Below are positions 17,534-26,987 of a stretch of 64,000 bases of DNA, piece by piece; position 1 is the stretch's first letter; the number at the start of each line of letters is the position of its first letter. The DNA is from an uncultured Planctomycetales bacterium (GTDB lineage Bacteria > Planctomycetota > UBA1135), in NCBI GenBank assembly GCA_964342475.1, contig CAYFGE010000016.1, positions 2,742-66,741 on the forward strand, given 5' to 3'. A program made the position numbers and the translations under genes. The notes beneath the pieces were generated by a model, which worked only from the letters and a program-made list of their open reading frames with translations, ran no database searches and was not told the DNA's origin.

Positions 17534-19411
17534 ATGAAGAAGAAGAGAACCGCACTGGCCGGCGTCCTCGCCGTCGGCGTGATCTTCCTGGCGGTCAACC
17601 TGATCGCCGGGCTCGGGCTGCGGCACGCCCGCATCGACATGACCGCCGAGGGCCTCTACAGCCTGTCGGACGGCGCCAAGGAGATCCTCCGCGGCATCGA
17701 CGAGCCCATCCGGCTCGACCTCTACGAGTACCTGGACGAGATCAAGGAGGACCGCCCCGACCTCGTCAACCACGCCCAGCGCATCCACGAGTTCCTCGAG
17801 GAGATGGTGCTGGCGGCCGACGGCCGCCTGGAGCTGCGCGTTCGCAAGCCGGAGCCCTACTCCGAGGCCGAGGACGACGCCCGCGCCGCCGGCGTCGCCG
17901 CGGTGCCGACAGACCGCGCCGGGGACCGCATCCTTTATCTGGGCCTGGTGGCCACCAACTCGGTCGACGAGCAGGAGGTCGTTCCGTTCTTCCAGCCCGG
18001 ACCGGACCGCGAGGCCTTCCTCGAGTACGACCTGGCCAAGATGGTCCACTCCCTGGCCCAGGCCACCAAGCCGAAGGTCGGCGTGCTCAGCTCGCTGCAG
18101 GTGGACGCCCGCATGGACCCCACCAACCCGCGCGGCGGCATGACGCCGGCGTGGCAGATCCTGACCCAGCTCCGCGACCTCTACGAGGTGGAGATGATCC
18201 AGCCCGATGCCGCCGCGCTGCCGGCGGATCTGGGCGTGCTCCTGGTGGTCCACCCCAAGGGCCTGGGCGAGGAGCTGCTCGACGCCATCGACCAGTTCGC
18301 GCTCCACGGCGGCCGCATCCTGGTCTTCCTCGACCCCTACTGCCAGGAGGAGCGCGCGCAGCAGCCGGCCAACCCCTACGGCCAGCCGCCGCCGCCGCCG
18401 GCACCGTCAGACCTGGGGCCGCTGCTGGCCTCCTGGGGCGTCGACTGGGACCCGGCGAAGGTCGTGGCCGACCGCGAGCTGGCCTTGCAGGTGCCGATGC
18501 AGGGCCAGCGCGGCTACGAGTACGTCGACCACGTCGCGGTGCTCGGGCTGGGCGCCGCGCAGATGGCCGAGGGCGACCCGGTCGTCGGCGGCCTGAAGAC
18601 GGTCCGCATGGCGATGGCCGGCGAGCTGAAGGGCATCGAGGGCGCCGCCACCACCTTCGAGCCGCTGATCTCCACCACCGCCGACTCGATGCTGCTGAAC
18701 GGCGCGCGCTTCGCCTACCTCTACGACCACGGCGAGCTGCTGACCGGCTTCGTGGCGGACGAGGGCGGCCACGTGCTGGCGGCGCGGGTCAGCGGCCCGC
18801 TGGTCACCGCCTACCCCGAGCGGGAGGGCGAGGGCCGGCTGACGGAATCGAGCGCCGACGCCCAGATCCTCCTGGTCGCCGACGTCGACTTGCTGGCGGA
18901 CTACCTGTGGGTGCAGGAGGAACGGCTGGGCCCGATCTCCCTCGGCCTGCGGGTGACCGCCGACAACGGCAACCTGGCCCTGAACGCCGTCGAGCTGCTC
19001 GGCGGCAGCCCGGCGCTGGCCTCGATCCGCGGCAACCGCAGCTACCAGCGGCCCTTCGACGTCGTCGAGGAGCTCGAGCGGGAGGCGGACGCGAAGTACA
19101 GGACGCGCGAGAGCGACCTGGAGCAGGAGATCCGCGACGCCGAGATGCGGATCAACGAGATGCAGCGCGGCAAGAGCGCCGAGGAGGCGATGATCCTGTC
19201 GCCGGAGCAGGTCGAGGAGATCGACAAGCTCGAGAAGCAGATGCTGGCAGCGCGCAAGGAGCTGCGGCAGGTGCGCCACGAGCTGAACAAGGACATCGAG
19301 GCGCTGGGCACGCGCCTGATGCTGGCCAACACGGTCGTCGCGCCGCTGCTCGTGGCGGCGCTGGCCTTCCTGTGGCACCTGCGGCGCGCCAAGCGGAAGC
19401 GCGCCGCCTGA
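17534..19411 (+). CDS. GldG-like ABC-transporter auxiliary protein (N- and C-terminal membrane anchors)
   Basis: AGGAGG lies 5 nt upstream of the ATG. It has an N-terminal TM, family strings LYLGLVATN and LLVVHPKG...ALHGGRILVFLDP, and a C-terminal TM (NTVVAPLLVAALAFLW). Confidence 0.9.
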   Translation: MKKKRTALAGVLAVGVIFLAVNLIAGLGLRHARIDMTAEGLYSLSDGAKEILRGIDEPIRLDLYEYLDEIKEDRPDLVNHAQRIHEFLEEMVLAADGRLELRVRKPEPYSEAEDDARAAGVAAVPTDRAGDRILYLGLVATNSVDEQEVVPFFQPGPDREAFLEYDLAKMVHSLAQATKPKVGVLSSLQVDARMDPTNPRGGMTPAWQILTQLRDLYEVEMIQPDAAALPADLGVLLVVHPKGLGEELLDAIDQFALHGGRILVFLDPYCQEERAQQPANPYGQPPPPPAPSDLGPLLASWGVDWDPAKVVADRELALQVPMQGQRGYEYVDHVAVLGLGAAQMAEGDPVVGGLKTVRMAMAGELKGIEGAATTFEPLISTTADSMLLNGARFAYLYDHGELLTGFVADEGGHVLAARVSGPLVTAYPEREGEGRLTESSADAQILLVADVDLLADYLWVQEERLGPISLGLRVTADNGNLALNAVELLGGSPALASIRGNRSYQRPFDVVEELEREADAKYRTRESDLEQEIRDAEMRINEMQRGKSAEEAMILSPEQVEEIDKLEKQMLAARKELRQVRHELNKDIEALGTRLMLANTVVAPLLVAALAFLWHLRRAKRKRAA

Positions 19412-19435
19412 GCGCGAACCGACGGAGGAGAGAGG

Positions 19436-20578
19436 ATGAACGCCAAGACTCTGGGAACCCTGGGCGTGGCCGCAGTGGCCCTGGCGGCCGTGGCGGTGCT
19501 GGTGCACCGCTCCGGCCAGCCGGGCGGTGCGGAGGCCGACCTCGGCCCGCTGAGCCCGGGCCTGACCGAGGGCATCAACCAGGCCCGCGCCCTGGTCGTC
19601 GAGCAGGGCGGCGAGCGGATGGAGTTCCGCCGCGGCGAGGACGGCGGCTGGAGCTCGCCGGCGCCCGACGGCTTCCCGGTGATGGCCGACCGCGTCCGCG
19701 AGGTCCTGATCCAGCTCGCCCGGCTGGAGAAGAAGGACGCCCTGACCAGCAAACCGGAGCGCTGGGCGGCGCTGCAGCTCGACCCGCCCGGGCCGGACTC
19801 CGAGGCCCGCGCGGTCCGGCTGCTCGGCGAGGGCGACGCGACCCTGCTCGACCTGGTGGTCGGCAAGGACAAGTGGGGTGCCAACCCGGGCGTCTACGTG
19901 CGCCTGGCCGACGAGGAGCAGACCTGGCTGTGCGACGGCCGCCTGAGCCTGCCGCGCGCCACCAGCGACTGGATGGAGAGGCGGGTCGCCCAGCTGGCGA
20001 TGGCCGACGTCGCGACGGTCGTGCTCGAACGCGGCGGGGAGACCCTGTCGGTGAGCCGGCCGGAGGAGGAGGAGGAGGAGGCCGACGGCGGCTTCGGCGC
20101 GGTGGATTGGCAGCTCGCCGAGCTGCCGGAGGGCCGGGAGCTGACGACGCCCAACCCGCTCGGGCGGATCGCCGGCGCCCTCGGCTGGCTCAGCTTCGAG
20201 GACGTCCGCGCCGCCGCGTCGGTGCCGACCGACGGCGAGCCGAGCTTCGTGGCCCGCTACACCACGACCCAGGAGCAGCAGGTCGTGATCCGCGGTTGGG
20301 AGCACGACGGCGAGCTCTGGTGCCGGCTGGAGGCCAGCTTCGTCGGCGAGGAGCCGGCGGAAGAAGCCGCCGCGGCGGAGGAGGACCCGCGCGACCAGGT
20401 CGAGGAGTGGAACGCTCAGTGGCAGGGCTGGCTCTACTCCTTCCCGGCGACGAGCGCGGACCTGTGGAAGTCCGAACTCGAGAGCCTGCTCGAGCCCCTG
20501 CCGGAGCCGGCGGAGGACGAGGCGACGGAGACCGAAGGCTACACCGAGCCCCCGACCGACGGCGACGGCCAGGGCTGA
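19436..20578 (+). CDS. DUF4340 domain protein (N-terminal anchor, acidic C-terminus)
   Basis: GGAGGAG SD site. The N-terminal TM and its position directly after a GldG-like gene is the usual DUF4340 context. Contains a poly-Glu tract, PEEEEEEADGG. Confidence 0.8.
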   Translation: MNAKTLGTLGVAAVALAAVAVLVHRSGQPGGAEADLGPLSPGLTEGINQARALVVEQGGERMEFRRGEDGGWSSPAPDGFPVMADRVREVLIQLARLEKKDALTSKPERWAALQLDPPGPDSEARAVRLLGEGDATLLDLVVGKDKWGANPGVYVRLADEEQTWLCDGRLSLPRATSDWMERRVAQLAMADVATVVLERGGETLSVSRPEEEEEEADGGFGAVDWQLAELPEGRELTTPNPLGRIAGALGWLSFEDVRAAASVPTDGEPSFVARYTTTQEQQVVIRGWEHDGELWCRLEASFVGEEPAEEAAAAEEDPRDQVEEWNAQWQGWLYSFPATSADLWKSELESLLEPLPEPAEDEATETEGYTEPPTDGDGQG

Positions 20579-20581
20579 GCG

Positions 20582-20603
20582 CCACCCTCCCCCTCCCCCC
20601 CCC
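20582..20603 (+). repeat. Polypyrimidine tract ending in a homopolymeric C9 run (20595..20603)
   Basis: Read directly: ccaccctccccctccccccccc, in the intergenic space after the DUF4340 gene. Confidence 0.9.
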
Positions 20604-20629
20604 GCGAGCCCGGCCCTTGCCGGGCCCGC
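20604..20629 (+). terminator. GC-rich hairpin, candidate terminator of the gldA-like operon (no U-tract)
   Basis: GCGAGCCCGGC-cctt-GCCGGGCCCGC. The core is a perfect 7-bp stem (GCCCGGC/GCCGGGC), extendable by 3 bp across one mismatch. It lies 26 nt after the stop at 20578. Confidence 0.4.
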
Positions 20630-20651
20630 GCCGTTCTGGGACAACCTCCCC

Positions 20652-21652
<1,001 letters not shown>

Positions 21653-21656
<4 letters not shown>

Positions 21657-23875
21657 TCGCCGCCCTCCTCCTCCTGGCCGCCCAGCAGCCCGCGCCGGCC
21701 GCCGCGCCCGAGCCGGTCGAGTTGCAGGTCCTGGTCCACGAGCGCTGGTTCGCCGGCTGGGAGCACCTGCAGGCCACCGCCCGCGAGTTCGAGGCCGCGC
21801 ACCCGGGCGTGACCGTCAAGGTCCTGTCGAGCGCCGGCGCCACCGGCGGTGCCGAGAAGGTCAAGCTGGTGCTGGCCGGCGGCCTGCCGCTCGACGTCAC
21901 CTGGATCGACGTCACCGAGTTCGCCGCCTACCTGCAGGAGGACGTGCTGCTCGACCTGCAGCCGCTGTTCGACGCCGACCCGGGCTGGAACCGCGCGGAC
22001 TACTTCGAGCCGATCCTCGCCGGCATGACCGGGCCGGACGGCCACCTCTACGGGCTGCCGAGCACCTTCAACCCCTACGTCATCTACGTCAACCAGTCGC
22101 TGCTGCGGCGCGAGGGCGTGTCGCCGCCGAGCGCGGGCTGGGACTGGCAGGAGCTCCTCGAGAAGTGCCGCGCCACCACCCGCGACACGGACGGCGACGG
22201 CGAGACCGACCAGTTCGGCATCTCGTTGACGCAGTGGATGCAGGCGCTGGCGCCCTGGATCTGGCAGAACGGCGGCCGCTTCCTCGACGAGGAGGGGCGC
22301 TGCGCGCTCGACGAGCCGGCGGCGGTCGAGGCGGTCGAGTTCCTCGTGCGGCTGCTCCACGAGGAGAAGGTCGCCAGCGACGACGCCACCTTCCAGAACC
22401 AGTTCTCGGTCGGGCTGTTCCAGGCCGGGAAGACCGCCTTCTACGGGCCGGTCGGCTACTGGGAGACCTACCGCTTCCAGGACATCCCGACCGAGGCGGA
22501 GGGCGGCTTCGACTGGGACGTGGTGCCGCTGCCGGTCGGCCGCGAGGCCGCCACCTCGGTGGCGCTGCGCTTCTACGTGGTGCCGAAGGCCTCGCGGCAC
22601 CCGCAGCTGGCCTACGAGTTCGTGCGCGCGCTGGCCGGCGACACGATGCAGCACGGGCTGGCGGCGATCGGCAACGGCGTGCCGGGGCTGAAGCGGGCGG
22701 CCCACTCCCCCTCCTTCCTCGACCCGGAGCGCCTGCCCGAGAGCGAGCAGGTCTTCCTCGACGTGCTCGAGGACGCGCGCTTCCTGCCGGTCGAGGTCAA
22801 CTGGTCGGAGATCGAGAAGCAGACCAAGGCGGCGCTCGAGGAGGCGATCCTGCTCGGCCGCGTCCCGGCGCGCGAGGCCTGCGAGCGCGCCGCGGCGATC
22901 GCCGACCAGACCCTGGCGCGCGAGCGCGACCTGATGCAGCGCCCCTTCGTCGGCGCGGCCTGGTTCGGCGCCGCGCAGCTCTCGGGCGGGCTGCTGGTCC
23001 TGGCCTTCCTCGCGACGATGCTGGCGCGGCGCCGCCCCCGGCTCGAGCGGCGCGAGGAGCGCGCCGCCTGGCTCTTCCTCACGCCGTGGGCCATCGGCCT
23101 GGCCGCCTTCCTGCTCGGCCCGGCGCTGGTCTCGGCGCTGCTCAGCCTGGCCGAGTGGTCGCCGATCCAGGAACTCGGCCGCGCCCGCTGGATGGGCCTC
23201 GACCAGTACGCGCGCCTGGCCGCCGACGAGACCTTCCGCGACAGCGTGCGGGCGACCCTGCTCTACGCCGCGGCGGCGGTGCCGCTGCAGCTCGCCACGG
23301 CCCTCGGCCTGGCTCTGCTGGCCGACGGCGGCTTCCGCGGCGCCGGCCTCGCGCGCACGGTCTTCTACCTGCCGACGATCATCAGCCCGGTGATCCTCGG
23401 CTCGCTGTGGCGCCTGCTGCTCGAGCCGTGGCTGAAGGAGCCGGCGACGGTGATCCCCGCCTTCGTGCTGATGAGCCTGTGGACGGTCGGCGCGCAGATG
23501 CTGGTCTTCCTCGCCGGCCTGCAGGCGGTCGACCCGCGCCTGCACGAGGCCGCCCGCGTCGACGGCGCCCGGCCGCTGCGGCGGCTGTGGCACGTCACGC
23601 TGCCGGCCCTCGGGCCGATCCTGCTGTTCAACCTGATCGTCGGGCTGATCAACGCCTTCCAGGTCTTCGCGCAGCCCTTCGTGATGACCCAGGGCGGGCC
23701 GGGCAACGCCTCGCGCTTCCTGGCCCTCTACCTCTACGAGCAGGGCTTCCGCTTCATGCGGATGGGCTACGCCAGCACCCTGGCCTGGGTGCTGTTCGCC
23801 GGCGTGTTCGCGCTGACGCTCCTGGTCCTGCGCGGCTCGCGCCGCTGGGTGCACTACGCGGGGGCGGGCCGATGA
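21653..23875 (+). CDS. Fused extracellular solute-binding protein plus MalF/UgpA-type permease of a CUT1 sugar ABC importer (740 aa)
   Basis: A single uninterrupted ORF. Residues ~20-425 are SBP family 1-like (LQVLVHERWF..., TWIDVTEF, GLPSTFNPYVIYVN, DTDGDGETDQFG). Residues ~433-457 are an extra TM helix (AAWFGAAQLSGGLLVLAFLATML). Then comes RRRPRLERREERAAWLFLTPWAIGLAAFLLGP and a six-TM permease with the EAA loop LHEAARVDGARPLRRLW. The start codon (TTG overlapping the malK-like stop) is uncertain. Confidence 0.85.
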
Positions 23876-24690
23876 ACCGCTGGCTGCACCGCCTCCTCCT
23901 GCTCGCCCTCGTCGCCGCCTTCCTCTGGCCGCTGGCCTGGATGCTCAGCGCCAGCCTCCAGCCGCAAGGGCGCGCGCTCGGCCACACGCCCTTCGACTTC
24001 TCGGCGGGAGCGCACACCGAGAACTACCCCGAGGCCACCGCCGTGATGGGCGACCTCGGCCGGCTGGTCTGGAACACCGGCCTGCTCACCGTCGCCTGCA
24101 TCCTCGGCCAGCTCTTCTGCTGCAGCCTGGCCGGCTACGCCTTCGCCCGCCTGCGCTTCCGCGGCCGCGACGGCCTGTTCCTCCTGGTGCTGGCGACGAT
24201 GATGCTGCCGCCGCAGGTGCTGGCGATCCCGCAGTTCCTGCTGTTCCGCCAGCTCGGGCTCGTGGACACCTTCTGGCCGCTGATCCTGCCGACCGTGCTC
24301 GGCGGCGCCCCCTTCTTCATCTTTCTCTTCCGCCAGTTCTTCCTCTCGGTCCCCCACGAGCTGGTCGAGGCGGCGCGGGTGGACGGATGCCGCTTCTGGG
24401 GCGTCTACTGGCGGGTCATGCTGCCGCTGGCGCGCCCGGTGGTGGGCACCGTCGCGATCTTCACCTTCCTGGCGACCTGGAACGACTTCTGGGCGCCGCT
24501 GATCTACCTGAATTCCGAGGAGAACCAGACCCTGACCCTGGCGCTCGCCGCCTTCAACCAGAGCTACCGGGTGGCCGTGGAGTGGCTGATGGCCGGCACC
24601 TCGATGGTGCTGGCGCCCTGCGTGCTGGTCTACTTCGTGTTCCAGAAGGTCTTCGTCCGCGGCGTGCGGCTGTCGGGCGCGAAGGGGTGA
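23872..24690 (+). CDS. Sugar ABC importer permease (MalG/UgpE type)
   Basis: It is the C-terminal 272 aa of ORF 22165..24690, and its ATG overlaps the upstream stop (ATGA). EAA loop LVEAARVDGCRFWGVYWRVMLPLARP. Six TM segments. Confidence 0.95.
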   Translation: MNRWLHRLLLLALVAAFLWPLAWMLSASLQPQGRALGHTPFDFSAGAHTENYPEATAVMGDLGRLVWNTGLLTVACILGQLFCCSLAGYAFARLRFRGRDGLFLLVLATMMLPPQVLAIPQFLLFRQLGLVDTFWPLILPTVLGGAPFFIFLFRQFFLSVPHELVEAARVDGCRFWGVYWRVMLPLARPVVGTVAIFTFLATWNDFWAPLIYLNSEENQTLTLALAAFNQSYRVAVEWLMAGTSMVLAPCVLVYFVFQKVFVRGVRLSGAKG

Positions 24691-24755
24691 TTTTGATCCG
24701 CAAACCAGGCCAGGGAAGGCGACCGAGAGCAGGGTGACCTGAGGAGTGGGCTGGC

Positions 24756-24790
24756 GGGGAATCCCGCGAAGGAGGACTTGCGCATTCCCC
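24756..24790 (+). other. Interrupted hairpin between the ABC operon and the atypical islet
   Basis: GGGGAAT (24756-62) pairs with ATTCCCC (24784-90), and GCG (24766-68) pairs with CGC (24781-83). The 12-nt loop is aaggaggacttg. There is no T-tract. Its function is unknown: terminator or 5-prime UTR structure. Confidence 0.3.
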
Positions 24791-24812
24791 GCTCCCTCTC
24801 CATAATCCCACG

Positions 24813-25037
24813 ATGAAAACTATTATCAGATTCGTAACAGGACTGTCTTTGTCCGGACTTCTCTCTCCGGGGTTCGCTCTTGCACCCTTGTCGAATGCGC
24901 AAGGAGGACCGCCGTTCTCCTGCCTCTACTCCCTCGAGTGCTGCCCTCTTTCGCAGTTCTCTCTCACGATCAGTCATGGCGGAGCGGTCACCTCCCTGAC
25001 GGCCCGCTTCGTGGGCTGTACGAACCCATTGTCCTAA
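24813..25037 (+). CDS. Small Cys-rich secreted peptide (74 aa) with atypical codon usage; the frame stays open through its TAA to a TAG at 25191..25193
   Basis: Sec-type signal peptide MKTIIRFVTGLSLSGLLSPGFALA, then a 4-Cys mature part (FSCLYSLECCP...VGCTNPLS). Many A/T-ending codons (aaa act att aga gta aca tct ttg ctt gca aat caa), unlike all neighbouring genes. No SD site was seen. Confidence 0.35.
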   Translation: MKTIIRFVTGLSLSGLLSPGFALAPLSNAQGGPPFSCLYSLECCPLSQFSLTISHGGAVTSLTARFVGCTNPLS

Positions 25038-25220
25038 TCCGTCCCGAACAGTTCCTCCGCACCGATCTCGGCCTGCTTCGACTGCTGTGATGGCGAGGTC
25101 TTCTCCTGGAAGAAGGTGATGGGCACTCCCGCGGTCGACTGGGGGAGCGCCAACGCCTGCGGTGACGTGACATTGACCTGCACCAACTGCTAGATCCGGG
25201 ACTCCACCAACAACTACATC

Positions 25221-25628
25221 ATGAAGAACAACACCCATTTCATCCTCCCGCTCCTCGTCGTCCTTGCGGCCCTGGCGGGTTTCTCCGTGGCCCGGGCCGG
25301 CTTCGCCCCGGGTGAGCCGCAGCAGGGAGTCGGTGGGGTCGGGATCGTCCTCGGCGGCTCCATCCCCATCGATGAGGGGACGGGGCTGCTCTCGGCCAGC
25401 GTCATCCGGCAGAGCGATGGGGGTCTCCTCCTCGTCACCACGCTGGCGGAGGTCAACGAGTTCGGTCTCCTCGACACCTCCACTGCGGTGAGAGGTCTTG
25501 CACAGGACAGCGACGCCGAGATCGAGGTCGCGTTCTCGCCCGAGCGTGGATTCGTCATCGCCGCCACCCCCGGGACGTGGCGGGACGCCGTGACGCATCA
25601 CGGGACCCTGACCATCTCCCGTTCCTAG
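25221..25628 (+). CDS. Small secreted hypothetical protein (135 aa)
   Basis: Clear signal peptide MKNNTHFILPLLVVLAALAGFSVARA. No recognisable family. It is followed by a strong hairpin. Confidence 0.5.
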   Translation: MKNNTHFILPLLVVLAALAGFSVARAGFAPGEPQQGVGGVGIVLGGSIPIDEGTGLLSASVIRQSDGGLLLVTTLAEVNEFGLLDTSTAVRGLAQDSDAEIEVAFSPERGFVIAATPGTWRDAVTHHGTLTISRS

Positions 25629-25644
25629 CCCTCCGCAGGGTCTC

Positions 25645-25671
25645 CCCGGCCCGGTATCCCGCCGGGCCGGG
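25645..25671 (+). terminator. Perfect 10-bp GC hairpin after the small secreted-protein ORF (candidate terminator, no U-tract)
   Basis: CCCGGCCCGG (25645-54), loop tatcccg, CCGGGCCGGG (25662-71). It starts 17 nt after the TAG at 25628. Confidence 0.45.
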
Positions 25672-25675
25672 CCTC

Positions 25676-25693
25676 CCTCCATTTGCATGGAGG
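25676..25693 (+). promoter_or_regulatory. Hairpin pairing an anti-SD (CCTCC) with an SD-like GGAGG upstream of the CoA-transferase gene
   Basis: CCTCCAT-ttgc-ATGGAGG is a perfect 7-bp stem. The GGAGG (25689-93) sits 8 nt before ATG 25702, which opens a 9-codon ORF (MREPLRGGS) overlapping the GTG start at 25718. Confidence 0.3.
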
Positions 25694-25717
25694 ACGCCAC
25701 CATGAGAGAACCTCTCC

Positions 25718-26986
25718 GTGGTGGCTCCTGAACTTCCGCGATCGGTCCGCCCCTCGTCTCCCGACCCTGCCGAGGGGGCCGACTCCCTCCCCCTCGCCGG
25801 CCTGCGCGTGCTCGACCTGACGCGCATCCTCGCCGGGCCGACCTGCACCATGATCCTGGGCGACCAGGGCGCGGAGGTGATCAAGGTCGAGCGACCGGGC
25901 GGAGGCGACGACACGCGCAGCTGGGGGCCGCCATTCACCGGCGGCGAGAGCGCCTACTTCCTCTGCTGCAACCGCAACAAGCGCTCGCTGGCGGTCGACC
26001 TGGCCGACCCGGACGGCGCCGCGCTCGTGCGCGAGCTCGCCGACCGCGCCGACGTCCTGGTCGAGAACTTCCGCCCCGGTCTGACCGCGCGCTTCGGCCT
26101 CGACCACGCCAGCCTGCGCCAGCGGAACCCCGGCCTGGTCCACGCCTCGATCACCGCCTACGGCCAGGACGGGCCCTACCGCGACCGGCCGGGCTACGAC
26201 ATGGTGCTGTCGGCCGTCGGCGGGCTGATGCACGTCACCGGCGAGCGCGACGGGCCGCCGTGCAAGGTCGGCGTCGCCATCACCGACGTGCTGACCGGGG
26301 TGCACGCCGCCCAGGCGATCACCGCGGCGCTGCTGGCCCGCCACCGCACCGGCCGCGGCCGCCACCTCGACCTCTCACTGCTCGACGTGCAGGCGTCCGG
26401 GCTCGCCAACCTCGCCAGCAACTGGCTGGTCGCCGGTCAGGAGGCGACCCGCTGGGGCACCGCGCACGAGTCGATCGTGCCCTACCAGGTCTTCGACACC
26501 GACGACCGCCCGATCGCGCTGGCGGTGACCAACGCCAAGCAGTGGGACGCCTTCTGCCGCGCCGTCGGGCAGACGGACTGGCTCGACGACCCGCGCTTCG
26601 CCGACAACGCCGCCCGCGTGGCGAACCGCGCCGAGCTCGTGCCGCGCATCCAGGAGCGGTTCGCCGCCCGCGGCTGTGACGCGTGGGTCGAGCGGCTGGT
26701 CGCCGTCGGAGTTCCCTGCGGGCCGGTCAACGACCTCCAGGCCCTCTTCAGCGACCCGCAGCTGCTCCACCGCGGCATGGTGATGGAGACCCCGCACCCG
26801 ACCATCGGCACGCTGCGGATGACCGGCTTCCCGGTCCAGGCCGACGCCCCGCAGCAGGCCCTGCGCCGGCCGCCGCCGCGGCTCGGCGAACACACCGCCG
26901 AGATCCTGCGCGAGGAGCTCGGCCGCAGCGCTGACGAGATCGCCGCGCTGGAAGCCCGCGGCGTGGTGGCGGGGCTGGGCTCCTGA
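25718..26986 (+). CDS. Family III CoA-transferase (CaiB/BaiF family)
   Basis: PLAGLRVLDLTRILAGPTCTMILGDQGAEVIKVE, YFLCCNRNKRS, VLVENFRPG, GYDMVLSAVGGLMHVTG, PYQVF. Non-ATG (GTG) start. Confidence 0.9.
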   Translation: MVAPELPRSVRPSSPDPAEGADSLPLAGLRVLDLTRILAGPTCTMILGDQGAEVIKVERPGGGDDTRSWGPPFTGGESAYFLCCNRNKRSLAVDLADPDGAALVRELADRADVLVENFRPGLTARFGLDHASLRQRNPGLVHASITAYGQDGPYRDRPGYDMVLSAVGGLMHVTGERDGPPCKVGVAITDVLTGVHAAQAITAALLARHRTGRGRHLDLSLLDVQASGLANLASNWLVAGQEATRWGTAHESIVPYQVFDTDDRPIALAVTNAKQWDAFCRAVGQTDWLDDPRFADNAARVANRAELVPRIQERFAARGCDAWVERLVAVGVPCGPVNDLQALFSDPQLLHRGMVMETPHPTIGTLRMTGFPVQADAPQQALRRPPPRLGEHTAEILREELGRSADEIAALEARGVVAGLGS

Positions 26987-26987
26987 G

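Noticed and set aside
16031-20578. Interpreting the GldA/F/G-like genes as evidence for gliding motility or a type IX secretion system that would also explain the shared C-terminal module.
   Set aside because: No other gld/spr/por genes are visible. GldAFG homologues are widespread outside gliding bacteria. The shared tails do not show the features I associate with T9SS C-terminal domains.
25038-25193. Reading the post-stop Cys/Thr-rich peptide (…ACGDVTLTCTNC) as a lanthipeptide, SCIFF or other RiPP precursor.
   Set aside because: There is no LanB/C/M, radical-SAM, cyclodehydratase, peptidase-ABC exporter or immunity gene anywhere in the window. The adjacent ABC system is a sugar importer. 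The preceding part has a Sec signal peptide rather than a RiPP leader. The Cys richness is reported only as an observation.
24630-25703. A 357-aa minus-strand ORF spanning the whole atypical islet. It is surprising because stop codons should be more frequent in this less G+C-rich stretch.
   Set aside because: The translation is a highly charged Gly/Arg/Asp/Glu-rich string without hydrophobic core segments. It overlaps the 3-prime end of the malG-like gene and runs through the three hairpins. The plus-strand ORFs have proper signal peptides. I keep it as a caveat: if the plus-strand ORFs prove untranslated, this frame should be re-examined.
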